A stretch of DNA of 64,000 nucleotides from Octopus sinensis (Eukaryota): contig NC_043022.1 in the NCBI RefSeq assembly GCF_006345805.1, positions 558,001 to 622,000 on the forward strand, given 5' to 3'. Below the pieces are notes generated by a model. It saw nothing but the letters and a program-made list of their open reading frames with translations, was not told the origin of the DNA and did no database searches. The translations under genes were made by a program, and so were the position numbers. Below are positions 48,320-61,385 of the stretch, piece after piece; position 1 is the first letter of the stretch; the number at the start of each line of letters is the position of its first letter.

Positions 48320-48735
48320 CTCTTTTCCTTGTTTCAGTCATTTGACTGTGGCCATGCTGGAGCACCGCCTTTAGCCAAGCAAATCGACCCCAGGACTTAT
48401 TCTTTGTAAGCCTAGTACTTATTCTATCGGTCTCTTTTGCTGAGCCGCTAAGTTACGGGGACGTAAACACACCAGCATCGGTTGTCAAACTATGTCGGGA
48501 GGACAAACACAGACGCACAAACATATACACTCTCTCTCTCTCTCTCACACACACATATATATACATATATACGACTGGCTTCTTTCAGTTTCCGTCAACC
48601 AAATCCACTCACATGGCTTTGGTCGGCCCGAGGCTATAGTAGAAGACACTTGCCCAAGGTGCCACGCAGTGGGACTGAACCCGGAACCATGTGGTTGGTA
48701 AAGAAGCTACTTACAACACAGCCACTCCTACGCCT
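48320..48735 (-). mobile_element. SINE family B, full length
   Basis: Near-consensus head, linker and tail. Confidence 0.92.
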
Positions 48736-48869
48736 ATGTATGTACGACTTTTTATGTTTTTTTTATCCTATATATTCCTAGAAAGAAGGAAATAGTTTCT
48801 AGTAAAGAAACAGAAGGTCAATCGCTGGAATGTGGATAACAAAGTTTTGCATATTTATACTGTTCCACT

Positions 48870-49160
48870 TCCAGGCAGCGTAAAGCGGGTTTTAATCGGC
48901 TGTTTCTTTATTTCCTTGATGGTCCTAGATTTTGTTTTCAGATTCTCAGACATTTACTAACATAACTGAGTGCACCAAGAATTATTGGCATGGATGTAAA
49001 TTTACAGTCAGGGTAGAGAAGTTGCACGTTTCGAAGTAGCTGTCCATAAATATTCCCCTTCTTACTAATCTTGGAAGAGATGTTCATATCTGCAGAACGG
49101 TTAACCTCTACGACTATACGTGCTTTTGTTTTTCTGTCCCCCATAACTTTTTCAACATCT
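48870..49160 (-). mobile_element. RLE-type non-LTR 3' fragment
   Basis: IVVEVNRSADMNISSKISKKGNIYGQLLRNVQLLYPDCKFTSMPIILGALSYV. Confidence 0.85.
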
Positions 49161-49435
49161 GGCACGAAACCAGCAAATTTGAGAGTAAGGGGAAGCTTAT
49201 TACATACCTCGAAATGAAACTGGAGCTATTTTGTTGACACCGAAATTATGAGAAGCAAAGTTTAGGGTTAAGGTTTGAACTCAGAATTTAAAGAGCCGAA
49301 AGGAATGCCGTTAAACATTAAACATTTTCGCCGGTTACAACTCTGCCGGTTCACCGCCATATTTCTGTCCCAAAATATAATGGTGCACCCATTACGTTTG
49401 CACATAGTAAAGTCTTGATGGGAATGTTTCTTCAA

Positions 49436-49860
49436 GGCGACGAGCTGGCAGAATGATTAGCACGCCGGGCGAAATGCCTAGCGGTATTTCGTCTGTCTTA
49501 TGTTCTGAGTTCAAATTCCGCCGAGATCGACTTTGCCTTTCATCCTTTCGGGGAAGATTAAATAAGTACCAGTTACGCACTGAGGTCGATATAATCGACT
49601 TAATCCGTTTGTCTGTCCTTGTTTGTCCCCTCTATGTTTAGCCCCTTGTGGTCAGTAAAGAAATAAGAAACGTTCGCCGGGCGAAATGCTTAGCGATATT
49701 TCGTCTGTCTTTACGTTCTGAGTTCAAATTCCGCCATGGACGACTTTGCCTTTCTTCCTTTCGAGGTCGATAAATTAAGTACCAGTTGCGTAGTGATGTT
49801 AATCTAATCGACTGGCCACCTCCCCACAAAATTTCGGGCCTTGTGCCTAGAGTAGAAAAG
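49436..49860 (+). mobile_element. SINE family A dimer
   Basis: Monomer with tail B joined to a second monomer with tail A. Confidence 0.88.
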
Positions 49861-49989
49861 GATAGGGATGTTTCATCAATATTCCTTACGTTGACGTATA
49901 TGCATGCATTCGGCAACAGAGATGGTATTTAAATAAATTCCACGGGAGCCTGGCATTGTGTATTGTTTTCGGAATGACACCACATCGCG

Positions 49990-50335
49990 GTGGAAGGCAA
50001 AGGGTAAAAAGGGTAAAGACCCCCTTTGCTCATGAATGACCATGGGATTGCACCTAGAAAGTTACCCTCCGAGGAACAAGTCCGGGCAAGGTTGTTTATA
50101 GAAGACCAGCAGTAACCCATGCATACCGGCCACCCCATCGATATTATCCAAAGGAATGGCAAGGGCCGATACCCCTTGGCACCACTGACCTCACAACTCC
50201 TTTCTACAGCTGAGTGAACTGGAGCAACGTGAAATAAAGTGTCTTGCTCAAGAACACGACACACAGCCAGGTCCGGGAATCGAACCCACGACCTCATGAT
50301 TGTGAGCCCGACGCTCCAACCACTGAGCTGTGCGC
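49990..50335 (-). mobile_element. SINE family C copy
   Basis: Reverse complement of 35150-35480. Confidence 0.85.
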
Positions 50336-50964
50336 TGGCACAATGACATTACAATTCTAGATTTCTGAGACGAACAAATTTGTATTAGTCCGACTGGTGT
50401 CCTCACTTTCATTGTTGCCTTTGCTTTCACTATGTCTAGGATGATGTATGCTCCATCCTTCTTCAGGTGTCTAGTGATTCACCTTAGTGCCTTCCCTAGG
50501 ATTGAACTCAGAACTTCTACGTAATTGCACTGTATTAAAATAACACTTTTGTCCACTACGCTATGTTTGCAGGCAGAGTGAGAGTGAATTTTTAAGGCTT
50601 ATAAAGCTCCACCGGTGTCTTACGTCAGCTCTGAAGCGATTGCATGATACAATTCTATATTTCTGAGACGAGGAATTTGATATATTATGTATTAGCCGGA
50701 CTTGTGTTCTCATCTTGATTGCTGCTTTTGACGTTTTTGGACAGCTGCTGATTGTACGTGTGATATGCGCCACAAAAGTGTGATATAATTGACATTTGAG
50801 ATTGCATCTTGGGAATTTAAAGGTTTTAAGTGTTTTGTTCATTAAATATTTCGTATATTTTCTCCAGCTCTTGGATTGCAACATCTTAACATTCGAGATG
50901 TGACCTGATGTCACAGTCACGAGTCCAAGAAAGGCTACACTTCATATTAATATTATCATCATCA

Positions 50965-51540
50965 TTTCGTCTGTCTTTACGTTGAGTTAAAATTCCGCTG
51001 AGGTCGACTTTGCCTTTCGTCCTTTCGGTATCGATAAAATAAGTACCAATCGAACATTGGGATCGATGTAATCGACTTATCCCCTCCTACAAAATTTTTG
51101 GCTCTGTGCCAAAATTTTAAATCATTATTATTATTATTGCTATAAAGCGGAGATCCGGCAGAATCGTTAGCACGCCGGGTAAAATGCTTAGCGGTATCTC
51201 GTCTGCCGTTACGTTCTGAGTTCAAATTCCGCCGAGGTCGACTTTGCCTTTCATCCTTTCGAGGTCGATAAATTAAGTACCAGTTACGCACTGGGGTCGA
51301 TGTAATCGACTTAATCCGTTTGTCTGTCCTTGTTTGTCTCTTCTGTGTTTAGCCCCTTGTGGGTAGTAAAGAAATAGGTATTTCGTCCATCTTTGCGTTC
51401 TAAGTTCAAATTCTGCCGAGGTCGCCTTTGCCTTTCATCTTTTCGGGGTCGATAAATTAAGTACCAGTCGAACACTGGGGTCGATGTAATCGACTTAACA
51501 CCCACCCCACAAAATCGTTGGCCTTGTGCCAAAATTTGAA
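50965..51540 (+). mobile_element. SINE family A monomer plus dimer
   Basis: Dimer at 51146-51540 joined at GAAATAGGTATTTCGTC. Confidence 0.88.
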
Positions 51541-51789
51541 ACTAACATTATTATCTTCATCGTCCTTAACTGACAGGAACACATTACTCAGGCATAACCT
51601 TTTTGTAGCCTGAAGAGTTTCTTCTCAAAGTTTTGGCCGAATTATGCTGACCTTGCTCTTTGGATTCACGTGGGAGGTCATCAGAAAGTATGTGTATGTC
51701 ATTGTTCAGTTTTATTTCAAGATTTCTTGCCAATAGAGAAAAAAAACCCAGTTTCTTACCCAGATCCAAAGTTTCTTCATTGGAATTTC

Positions 51790-52370
51790 AACAGCATCAC
51801 ACAGTTTCTCTTTCCTGTCTCATATAACTATGTCAGGTCCATTATATTTACATCTTATTGAGGTTTTCACTGGGACATGTATGTATGTATGTGCGCGCAC
51901 ATGTGCATGTAGGAATTTCAACAACAAATTTGTATGTTTTGTTTTATGTATGTATTCTCATGCATATAATTGCATATCTAGACATACTCATCTATACTTA
52001 AATGATGAACTTCTAGAAAGTTTTACAGATTTTTATAATGCCAGTGATGGCTTGGATCTGTAGTCTTTGAATCAGCTTTCTCCTTTCTGGTTTGAAGAAG
52101 AGTAATTTCTCAAGACTGGTATTTAGGCAGTGTGTTACATATCCCAGTGCCCCAAGAATTGCAGGTATAAACCTGAACTTGAAATCTGGATAGAGTAGCT
52201 GTAGATTCTTCAATAGTTCAGCGTAGGTATTTTCTTTTTCACTGATCTTCAGCTTTATGTTACCATCCGCTGGGCAGCTGATTTTCACTACTGTACACAG
52301 TTTCTCTTGTCTGTGCTACATTACTATGTCAGGTCGATTATGCTTACATCTTATTGAGGTTTTCACTGAG
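51790..52370 (-). mobile_element. RLE-type non-LTR 3' fragments (one near-complete RLE domain plus a second PD-motif fragment)
   Basis: KTSIRCKHNRPDIV...KISCPADGNIKLKISEKENTYAELLKNLQLLYPDFKFRFIPAILGALGYVTHCL; 51790-51870 repeats the KTSIRCKYNGPDIV segment. Confidence 0.85.
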
Positions 52371-52434
52371 ATATATATGTATGTATGTTTGTATATATGT
52401 GCACGTGCACGTGTGCATGTAGTAATAAGGGAAA

Positions 52435-52660
52435 AAGTTTTTTTCTGGTTTAACCCTTTTTATACCATTAATGTAGGAACCAGCACAGCTCACACTCCCT
52501 TGATCCTAATCAGTAAACACTCCTGCGACACATAAAAGCCCTTCTGTAGAAATAGTGTATCACATCTCAAATATGCAACCACAATCCAGATCATACAAAC
52601 TGAAACATTTCACACCAACTGCTGGCATTGTACAAACACCACTCAGCACTTTACGCCATC
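52435..52660 (+). mobile_element. Penelope-like element remnant related to 46790-47235
   Basis: FWFNPFYTINVGTSTAHTPLILISKH; nucleotide similarity to the 46.8-kb copy. Confidence 0.6.
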
Positions 52661-53240
52661 CTTTAACTTCTAGATTTATTGGGAAAGAGAAGTAGAGATG
52701 ATTTTATCTTTGGTTCTAAAGGAGAGGAGCGTGTGTTTCTTTTTTCAAGCCGACCCCAATGTTATTGTTGTTGTTGCTGCTACTGCTGCTGTTGTTGTTC
52801 TTATTGTTAAGAAGTGTTCTTGTCATGAATACCCAGTCTTTTTTCATTTTTTAAATATATATTCAGGCATAGAATATTTGAGTTTAAAAGACGGTGAGGA
52901 AGATTTAGCCGCTGTTTTTACCAAATCGAACGGTTAATCGGAGGGTCCAGCGTTGATGTTACCGCTGGGGTAGTCTTGTTGTTGTTCTTGTTGAGTCGCA
53001 GGTCTGTCCTGGCCCAGCAGATCAACTTATTTAGAGAAAAAGACTTTCTAATCGCATTCAACACGTCCTCTATTCGGACACGCTGCGTTTCGGGTTAAAC
53101 ATTCCAATGTGTCCTTCCATTATCTTTTAAAGGTGATGAGTTGATTTGACTGCTACTTCTAACAGCGTAGTAGAGTTCAGAAGGAAATCAGGGAGTAAAA
53201 AAGAGAATAGGGTGGGGCGGAGAATGAACGTGATGCATCA

Positions 53241-53404
53241 TAGGCGTAGGAGTGGCTGTGTGGTGAGAAGCTTGCTTACCAACCATATGGTTCCGGGTTC
53301 AGTTCCACTGCGTGGTACGTTGCGCAAGTGTCTTCTACTATAGTCTCAGGCCGACCAAAGCCTTGTGAGTGCATTTGGTAGTCGGAAACTGAAAGAAGCG
53401 CGAC

Positions 53405-53436
<32 letters not shown>

Positions 53437-53600
53437 CCGTTGTTGGTATGGTTACATCCCCGTAACTTAGCAGTTCGACAAAAGAGACCGATAGAAGAAG
53501 TACTAGGCTTACAAAGAATAAGTCCTGAGGTCGATTTGTTCGACTAAAAGGTGGTGCTCCAGCACAGCCGCAGTCAAATGACTGAAACAAGTAAAAGAGT
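53241..53600 (+). mobile_element. SINE family B, full length
   Basis: Head to GTAAAAGAGTAAAAG tail. Other partial copies lie at 5186-5395, 7780-7880, 19730-19880, 23480-23660, 35600-35770, 44400-44620, 46215-46395 and 63475-63790. Confidence 0.9.
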
Positions 53601-54599
53601 AAAAGAAAAAGTTTAAAAGTGCGAGTGTTTAAAAGACAGAGGCAGATGGACAGACATTCGGGTTAGGTGAGATAGAATCCCAGAGAAAGCATGCGAAATA
53701 AAAGGATATGTATGCGACTTGGATAGATAGATAGATAGATAGACAGATTGATGGATAGCTAGATAGATAGGTAGATAGATAGATATACAGATAGATAGAT
53801 ATGTTTCTTTATTGGCCACGCAGGGCTGAACACAGAAGGGACAAAATACGGACGGATGGATGGGAAGAGAGACTGTGACAGAGACAGAGAGACCATAGTG
53901 GACACGAATAGTTCAAATAATAGAGAAGAGAGAAAGAGGATCAATGTGGAAGAGACGAGTTGCGAAAACAAACTTAAAAAGAGAGAATTATGTGGTTTTG
54001 AGAGAGAAGGGAGAGAGGGAGAAAGAACTCAGTTGGCCAAGAGAGAGAGAGAGAGGGAGAGGCAGAGGGAATGAGGGAGGCTAGAGAGAGAGAAATAGAG
54101 AAAGACTAAGAAATGGTGAGTAAGGAAAAGAGGAAAATTATAGAGGAATAATCCATTATTAAGTGCAGTAGGAAAGCAGTTGAATGTTCTACGGTGTTGT
54201 TATTGTCACCGTTATTTTAGCCAGAGCAGTGGAAATGCAGTGGAATAATTGGCAGTTGTAGAAGCAGCAGAATTAGAGAGAGGATCGATGAAAGTGGAAT
54301 CAATAAAAGCAGGTGAGCAATATGACTGCGACGGCTGCAGCCGTACAGGGCAACATCATCATCAGCAGCAGCAGCAACAGTGACAGCGGCACAAGGCTGT
54401 ATACGCCAGCAGCAACAACAGCGGCACAATTTAGCGTCATCATCATCATCAACACTAATAGCAGCGGCACAAGGCCGCATCACCATCAGCAGCAGAATAA
54501 GGCAACGTCACCGCCAAGTGGCAAAAGGCAGCCTCACCGTCACCAACGGCAGCAGCTCTACGCAAGTAGAAACCAACGACAGCCGAGCCAAGGAAGGAG

Positions 54600-55057
54600 C
54601 TCTTCTATATGGTCACTCGACATGCTAGAAATAACAGCTAAATCTCCCTCGAATCACATGTTAGCTTCTTTAAGAACATATTCGACAAATGGACGCGATG
54701 GTCACAGATGGAAGACTTTTGATCATAGGTCTTCTCGATGAGAAAACATCATCTCCATCAGTGGTATGACTGTATCCGCTCGGCCTGCTAGAAATAGAAA
54801 CCAAATCTCCTTCATATCGTATCTTAAAAGAAGAGAAATGCACATTGGATAGGGTAGTCTTAGATGGACAATGCTTGAATAAAACAGCCAAACAATATGA
54901 TGGGATAGTCACGGCTGGAATACACTTTGATCTTAGATCTGCTCGATCGGAGCTGACCAGGAGCTAAACAAACAGATGTTGTGACAGGCCATCACGATGA
55001 AGGGACTTCTATGTGGTCATTCCACTTGCTAGAAAATAGCAGCTAAATACCTCAAAT

Positions 55058-55090
<33 letters not shown>

Positions 55091-55350
55091 GTCTATATAT
55101 ATATTATATATATATTATTTTAAAGATTACATTGAATAGTGTAGGCTAGAGACATTATTCTTAAAAACAAGACGAGGTGGTCGAAGGAATATTTTCAGCG
55201 CAGGTCTTTTTTAACCAAGATCTGGTCCTTTTCATATATACAACATATGAAAAAAAAAAACAGAATTATAGACGAGGTGGTCACGGTTGAAGTGCCATTT
55301 GATCATGTTTGCTTAATAAGAGCTGGACTAGGGTTAAAATAAACAACCGC
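54600..55350 (+). repeat. Three degenerate tandem copies of a dispersed repeat (GCTAGAAATAGCAGCTAAATCTC...)
   Basis: Motif recurs at 54625, 54787 and 55027; also at about 9590 and 63972. Confidence 0.6.
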
Positions 55351-55399
55351 AGCAGCAGCAGCAGCGACGGCGGCACAAGTCAGCAGCAGCAACAGCAGC

Positions 55400-56048
55400 A
55401 ACAGCAACAGCCAGCCTCACAAGGGACACGGTAGAGGTCGTCGGAGTAGTGGTGTGAGAGAAGGGAAAAGTGAGAGTGATATAGAAGGGAAAAGGGAGGA
55501 GTGAAAGACTAGGAGTGAGAAAGGGAGGGAAATGGAGAACCGAAACAAAATAAACAGATAGAATGAGAGAGAGAAGGGGGGAGAAAGAGAGGGAGATTTG
55601 AAGGGAGATGATAAACAAGGAAGAGAAGATAAGAATATGTAACAGGATATATATATATATTAGATAGATAGAGAGATAGGCAGATAGATAGAGATATAGA
55701 TAGATAGATATACAGATAGATAGATAGATGGATAGATAGGCAGTAGAGGAAAATGATGTAGAAAGCAACAAGGGAAGGAAAAAAACGGAGTGAGATGACG
55801 GAAAAATTAGAGGGAATTTGTGAAGACAGATGAATAGGAAAACTGTAATAATAGCTTAAAATGGAGAGAAAAAGAGAAAAAAATGAAGGACAAGAAGAAA
55901 AGGGAGAGGGAGAGGGGGAGAAAGAAAGTGATAAAGTGAATGAAGGAGAAAGTAAAGAACGAAAGTAAAAGAAATGGGGCGGAGGGGGTTGAGAGATGAG
56001 GATAGTGTGAGGTGAAGAAGAGAGGAAGACACAAACGCATATATATGG

Positions 56049-56082
<34 letters not shown>

Positions 56083-56910
56083 CTATATAGAAAGAGAGAC
56101 AGAGAGAGAGAAAGAGAGACGGGAAGAAATAGACAGAGAGGAGAGAGAGAGAGAGAGAGAGGAGACTAATAATGAAGTAGTAAGACTAATAAATACATAG
56201 AAGAGAGAGAGACATAAAGAAAGATAAATATATGGAGAGTAAGAGAGATACATAGTGAGGAAAAGAGAGAAGAGGGAAGATAGTACATATATCTAGAATG
56301 GAAGACAAATACAGGGAAAGAGGAGAGAGGAGAGACCAGGAGAGAAGTGGAAGGAGAAACTGGTAGATATGGTAAAAGATAAGAGGAAAGATAGACATAT
56401 GTGAGATGGGAAAAGGAGAGACAGACAAATACGTAGAAAGAGAGAGGAGAGAAAGTGATGTGACATTTAGAGAGGAGAGACAAATACACACACACACACA
56501 TATATAATATATATATATATATGAATAGAGAGAGTGGAAAAGAAAGAGAGAAACAAACAAGAGAGAAGAAAGGAAAGACAGATATGGAGAGGAGAGACAA
56601 ACGGACATATAAAAAGAGACGTAAGGAGAGAGAGAGGCAAATGAAAGAGACAGATACATAAAGAAAGAGAGATAGAAGAGACAGTTAGAAAAATAGAGAG
56701 AAAAAGAGAGAGAAGGAGAGTCAGAGAGACAGAGAAAGAGGAGAGACAAATAGGAGAAATAAAGATATACTGAGAGAGAAGACAGACGTATAGAGAAAGA
56801 GAGATAGACAGATAGAGAGAGAAGAAGTATGAGGAGAGTCTAACAGATATAGAGAGAAAAGGCGAACATATATACAGAAGAGAGGAGAGACAACGCGGGA
56901 GAAAGAGAGA

Positions 56911-56943
<33 letters not shown>

Positions 56944-57960
56944 AGGAAAAGCAACAGCACCGGCGGCAAGGGTAGCAGTAGCAGTAGCGGCAGCAGCGCA
57001 GCAACAGTAGCATCATCATCATCATCATCATCATCATGGTTAGCAGAAGCAACAGCATCGGCAGCAGCGACAGCAGTCAACGTACAGTAGTTTGAGGAAA
57101 AGATAAGGAGGAAAGGAGAGAGACAGAGAGATGCAGGGAGAGAGACAAGGAGAGAGAAGATGAGGAAGTGAAGAGATAGAGGAGGGAGAAACAAATAAAT
57201 GGGGGGAAGGAAGAGGATGGGTAGAGAAAAAAAACGGAGAGGGACAGGATGGAGTGATAAAGAGTTTGAAATACGGACGTATGCATCTATGTATGAATGA
57301 ATGTATGTATATATTTATGTATATATAATATGTTTGAATGTATGAATATATATGAACATCTGTGTATTTACGGAGCGAGAGAGAGAGAGAGAGAAGGTGA
57401 AAGAGAGAGAGAAAGGGTTAATGAGACAAAGAGAAGGAGGGGCAAGATAAAAACGGCTACGGTGAAAGTGATAGAATAAGAGTTAGAGAGAGAGAAAGGG
57501 AGGGACAAGATAAAAACGGTTGAGAAGGTAAGAGAGACAGAATAAGAGTTAAAGAGAGAGTGGGAGAGAGGGACAAGACAAAACGTGTGAGGTGAAATAG
57601 AGTGAGAGTAAAAGGAGGAAGAGAGGGAGAAAGAGAAAGAAGGACAAGATAAAGATAAGAAGGTAAAGTGAACGAGTAAGAGTTAAACACAGTGAGGAAA
57701 AGGAAGTAGAGAGAGAGAAAGAGTGAGAGTGGTAAGCGAAAAGAGAAAGAGTGAGAGTGGTAAGCGAAAAGAGAAAGTGTGTATATGTGAGATAAGGAAA
57801 AAAGTGACAGTGAAGAAAAGGAGAGAAAGAGAAGTAGTGTGTGTGTACTTAAAAGAGAGAGGGAAAAATAAGTCAGAGGGAAGAGGAGAAAGACGATAAG
57901 AGAGGGGGAGAAGGAGAGAGGAGAGTTTTAGTGTTGAAGTTGCGGTAGTGGAGTGAGTGA
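55400..57960 (+). repeat. Purine-rich (GA) low-complexity tract
   Basis: Strongly G/A-biased + strand, with embedded 28-bp duplication (57715-57770) and ~63-bp degenerate units (57435-57690). Confidence 0.9.
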
Positions 57961-58049
57961 GTGACGAAGAGTGATAGTGATGGACTAGAGAAAGAGGGGG
58001 AAAGAGTGAGAGTAAGAGAGAGTAAGGCGGTGGGGGCAAAAGACAAACT

Positions 58050-58260
58050 CGCTTTTTGGTGGGGTTTTTGTTGGTTGTGTTATGCGGCGCTAACGGAGAC
58101 AAGAAGCATATCACGGTTCTCACTCACGCAGACACACGCTCACTCCGTAGGTCCGAGTGAGCGAGTGAGTGAGCGGGCGGCCCCCCGATTAGATTATATA
58201 CACACTGTAAATAGACAACATAATATTATACACACAAAACAAGGACGAAAGAATACAAAA
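58050..58260 (+). promoter_or_regulatory. Candidate promoter/TSS region of the GRK gene
   Basis: Short CpG-containing non-repetitive island between a long purine tract and TA-rich sequence, ~1.3 kb upstream of the ATG. Contains a nested inverted repeat. Positional inference only. Confidence 0.3.
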
Positions 58261-58295
58261 AAAAGCAACCCATATATACATACATAAACCATATA

Positions 58296-58334
<39 letters not shown>

Positions 58335-59458
58335 ATATAACATCTATGTATATGGTATGTATAGAGCATAGTTGCACAGACATGCCTATATACACATAAG
58401 GGAAACCAATTATATAAATGATATATATTTATATACAGTTATGAATATATGTATGTAGATGTACACATATATTTATACACTCACGTCAAGGTGACTATAT
58501 ACAACGAGGAAAATTAATTGCTGAGACGATCGCGACTGCATGTATATATAAAATATATATGTATATATATATATGTCTTATGTGAAAAGGAAAGTTGAGT
58601 GACAAGAGGAAAAGGAGCAAAATAATAATAAAAAAAAAGAGATAAATCCATATATATACATATATAAAATATATATATATATATACACGGGATATCAACA
58701 GATCTTTCTTTTTTTGAAACAAAACGTTTATCATTTTATTACATATTTTGAATTTGAAATGATACCAAGAAAATAATATTACTATTTTACTATTTTTATT
58801 ATTATCTCCAATAATAATAATAACAACAACAAGCAGAGGAAAATAACAAAATAACACGCACGCGCACACATATTTATTTACAAATATATATTTACATACA
58901 CATGTATTGTATATACATGTAAAAAAAATATTAAATAACAAGTGAAATATACATGTATATATATATCTGATAATACAGTATATATTACATATATATACAC
59001 ATAGGAAAAACCTACATACACACATACATACACGCATATTTATATACACACCCATACAAATAAACATATATATATATATGTAAACTACACACACATAAAA
59101 TAACAGAGATCGGGCAAAATATACATACATATATATACATATACACACATATATATACATACATACATATACACATATATATAATATATATATACATATA
59201 TATATATATTTACACACACACACACGCTGCCATATATATATATATAGGAGAGAGAAGAGAAGAGAGAGGGTAAAGCCGGAGTGAATTGATCTGGATTTGT
59301 AGTAATCGAAGGGGTTTAGAGAAGAGAAAAGGTGTGTGGTGTTTGTGCGAGGAGGAGGAGGATTCCTTGTGGAAAGAAGAAAGAAGGAGGAGAAGAAAGA
59401 AGGAGAAGGAGGAGGAGGAGGACGAAATCCCTTTTCTTTCTGATTCTACTAAACAAAG

Positions 59459-59571
59459 ATGGCGGATTTGGAAGCTGTTCTCGCCGATGTCAGCTATCTT
59501 ATGGCCATGGAGAAGAGCAAGTCTTCTCCGGCCGCCAGAGCGAGCAAGAAAATTGTTCTGCCCGACCCCAG
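59459..59571 (+). CDS. GRK2: First coding exon of a GRK2/3-type (beta-adrenergic receptor kinase-like) G-protein-coupled receptor kinase; gene continues beyond the window
   Basis: ATG in AAAGATGG context. Translates [37 protein letters not shown](S), the conserved GRK2/3 N-terminus. 113 nt end at AG|GTAAGC, a canonical donor (intron starts 59572). No exon 2 recognised before 64000. Confidence 0.96.
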
Positions 59572-59679
59572 GTAAGCACCACCATTCATTCACTAACCAC
59601 ACTAATCGTTCTTCTTCTTGTTCTTGCTGTTCTTCCTGTCTTTCATTCCTTCTTGCTCTTCCTTTTTATTTACCCATCG

Positions 59680-61354
59680 CACACACATACACACATCCAT
59701 ACATACACACACACACACATCCATACATACACACACACACACATCCATACATACACACACACACACACATACATACATTCACACACAACAAACACATACA
59801 TACATACAAACACATTCACACACACATATACATACGTACACACACATCCATACATTCACACATACGCGCGTACACAGACACACGTATATATCTGTGTGTA
59901 TTTATTTAGGTGTGTATAAAACGTCCGTATGTGCGTACATTTAAAAATATACACTTGTATACATGTATACATCATCGTACAACACACTAATACATCTGTT
60001 CGTGCGTATATATTTACTTATATGTAGGAATGTATGTGTAAAATGCGCCTACCACTGAAATATGTACGATGTATGTATATATATGTATATACATATATAT
60101 CTACATATATATGTATGTATATATGTCGTACAACACAAACACGTCTTTTCATACATTCATACATATGTATGTGTATATATTTATATATAGCTGTGTGTGT
60201 GTAAATTGTCCTTATGTACGTACATATGTGTATATATGTGTGTATACATCATCGTACGACACACGAATATATCCATTCAGAGATATATTTATTTTTGTGT
60301 ATATATATATATATATATATATACATACAAACAAATTCACATATACACGCTCGCAAATATATGTCTATTTTAAAATATGTATATATATTTATTCTACACA
60401 CATAATACAACCGCTTCCTTTATACACTCGTTCCTATGTCCGTATCTACGCACATTTCAAAATATCTATACACAACGTTCAATAACAGACATGTATATAT
60501 ATATATATATATATATCCGTAAATACGTACATATATGATGTACATATACACACATCATAAACACAAATGTATAATCATCTTTATACATGCATGTGTGTGG
60601 GTGGGTGCACATCAAACTAAACATACATTTACACGCACAAATATATGTACATGATATATATATATATACACATTTTCTACGCACACATCTATTGTGTACT
60701 GTATACACATCTACACCGTTCACAATATATCCATCTATACATATATATATATATATATCGTATGCATTACATTCATACATATACACACATTTGTCGTATA
60801 CAATAATATATACATCTGTATGTTCGTATCTGCCGTATACATTGTACATGTATACATTCGCCTATCATATGCTGTGTGTATATATATATAATATATACAT
60901 ACACGCGTCTATCGTATTCTTTAGGTACATCTATGTCCACAGTCGTATACTATATACATCCCTCTATCTACACATATACATGCGTGTATAAACACGCAAA
61001 CAACATCTGACATATACACCCGCACACACCCATGTGTCTACAATCAACGTATAAACGCTCATCAAATACACACACCCCTTTTATTTATATCTATATAATA
61101 TATATACACACATGCACTGTACACACTTCCCTTCCTACTATACACCATTGCGTTTACATATACGCTTATATTGATATCACACATCAACGTATATAATCAT
61201 ACATACAGCAACATTGTTGCCACACATAAATCTTATACACACCTATTTACATCTAATATATATATAGTCATGTATTTACATTGTACCATACTCATAAATC
61301 AACACATACACATGTACCAATAAACATCTGCATATATACACATGTGGCTGCCTG

Positions 61355-61385
<31 letters not shown>

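Noticed and set aside
54313-54741. 142-aa S/T/Q/H-rich ORF
   Set aside because: The first half is CAG-rich cryptic repeat and the second half runs into a dispersed repeat; no recognisable protein.
59210-59919. Long overlapping ORFs around the GRK start (130-207 aa)
   Set aside because: They are alternative frames or antisense of the real exon plus microsatellite; only the 113-nt exon matches a known protein.
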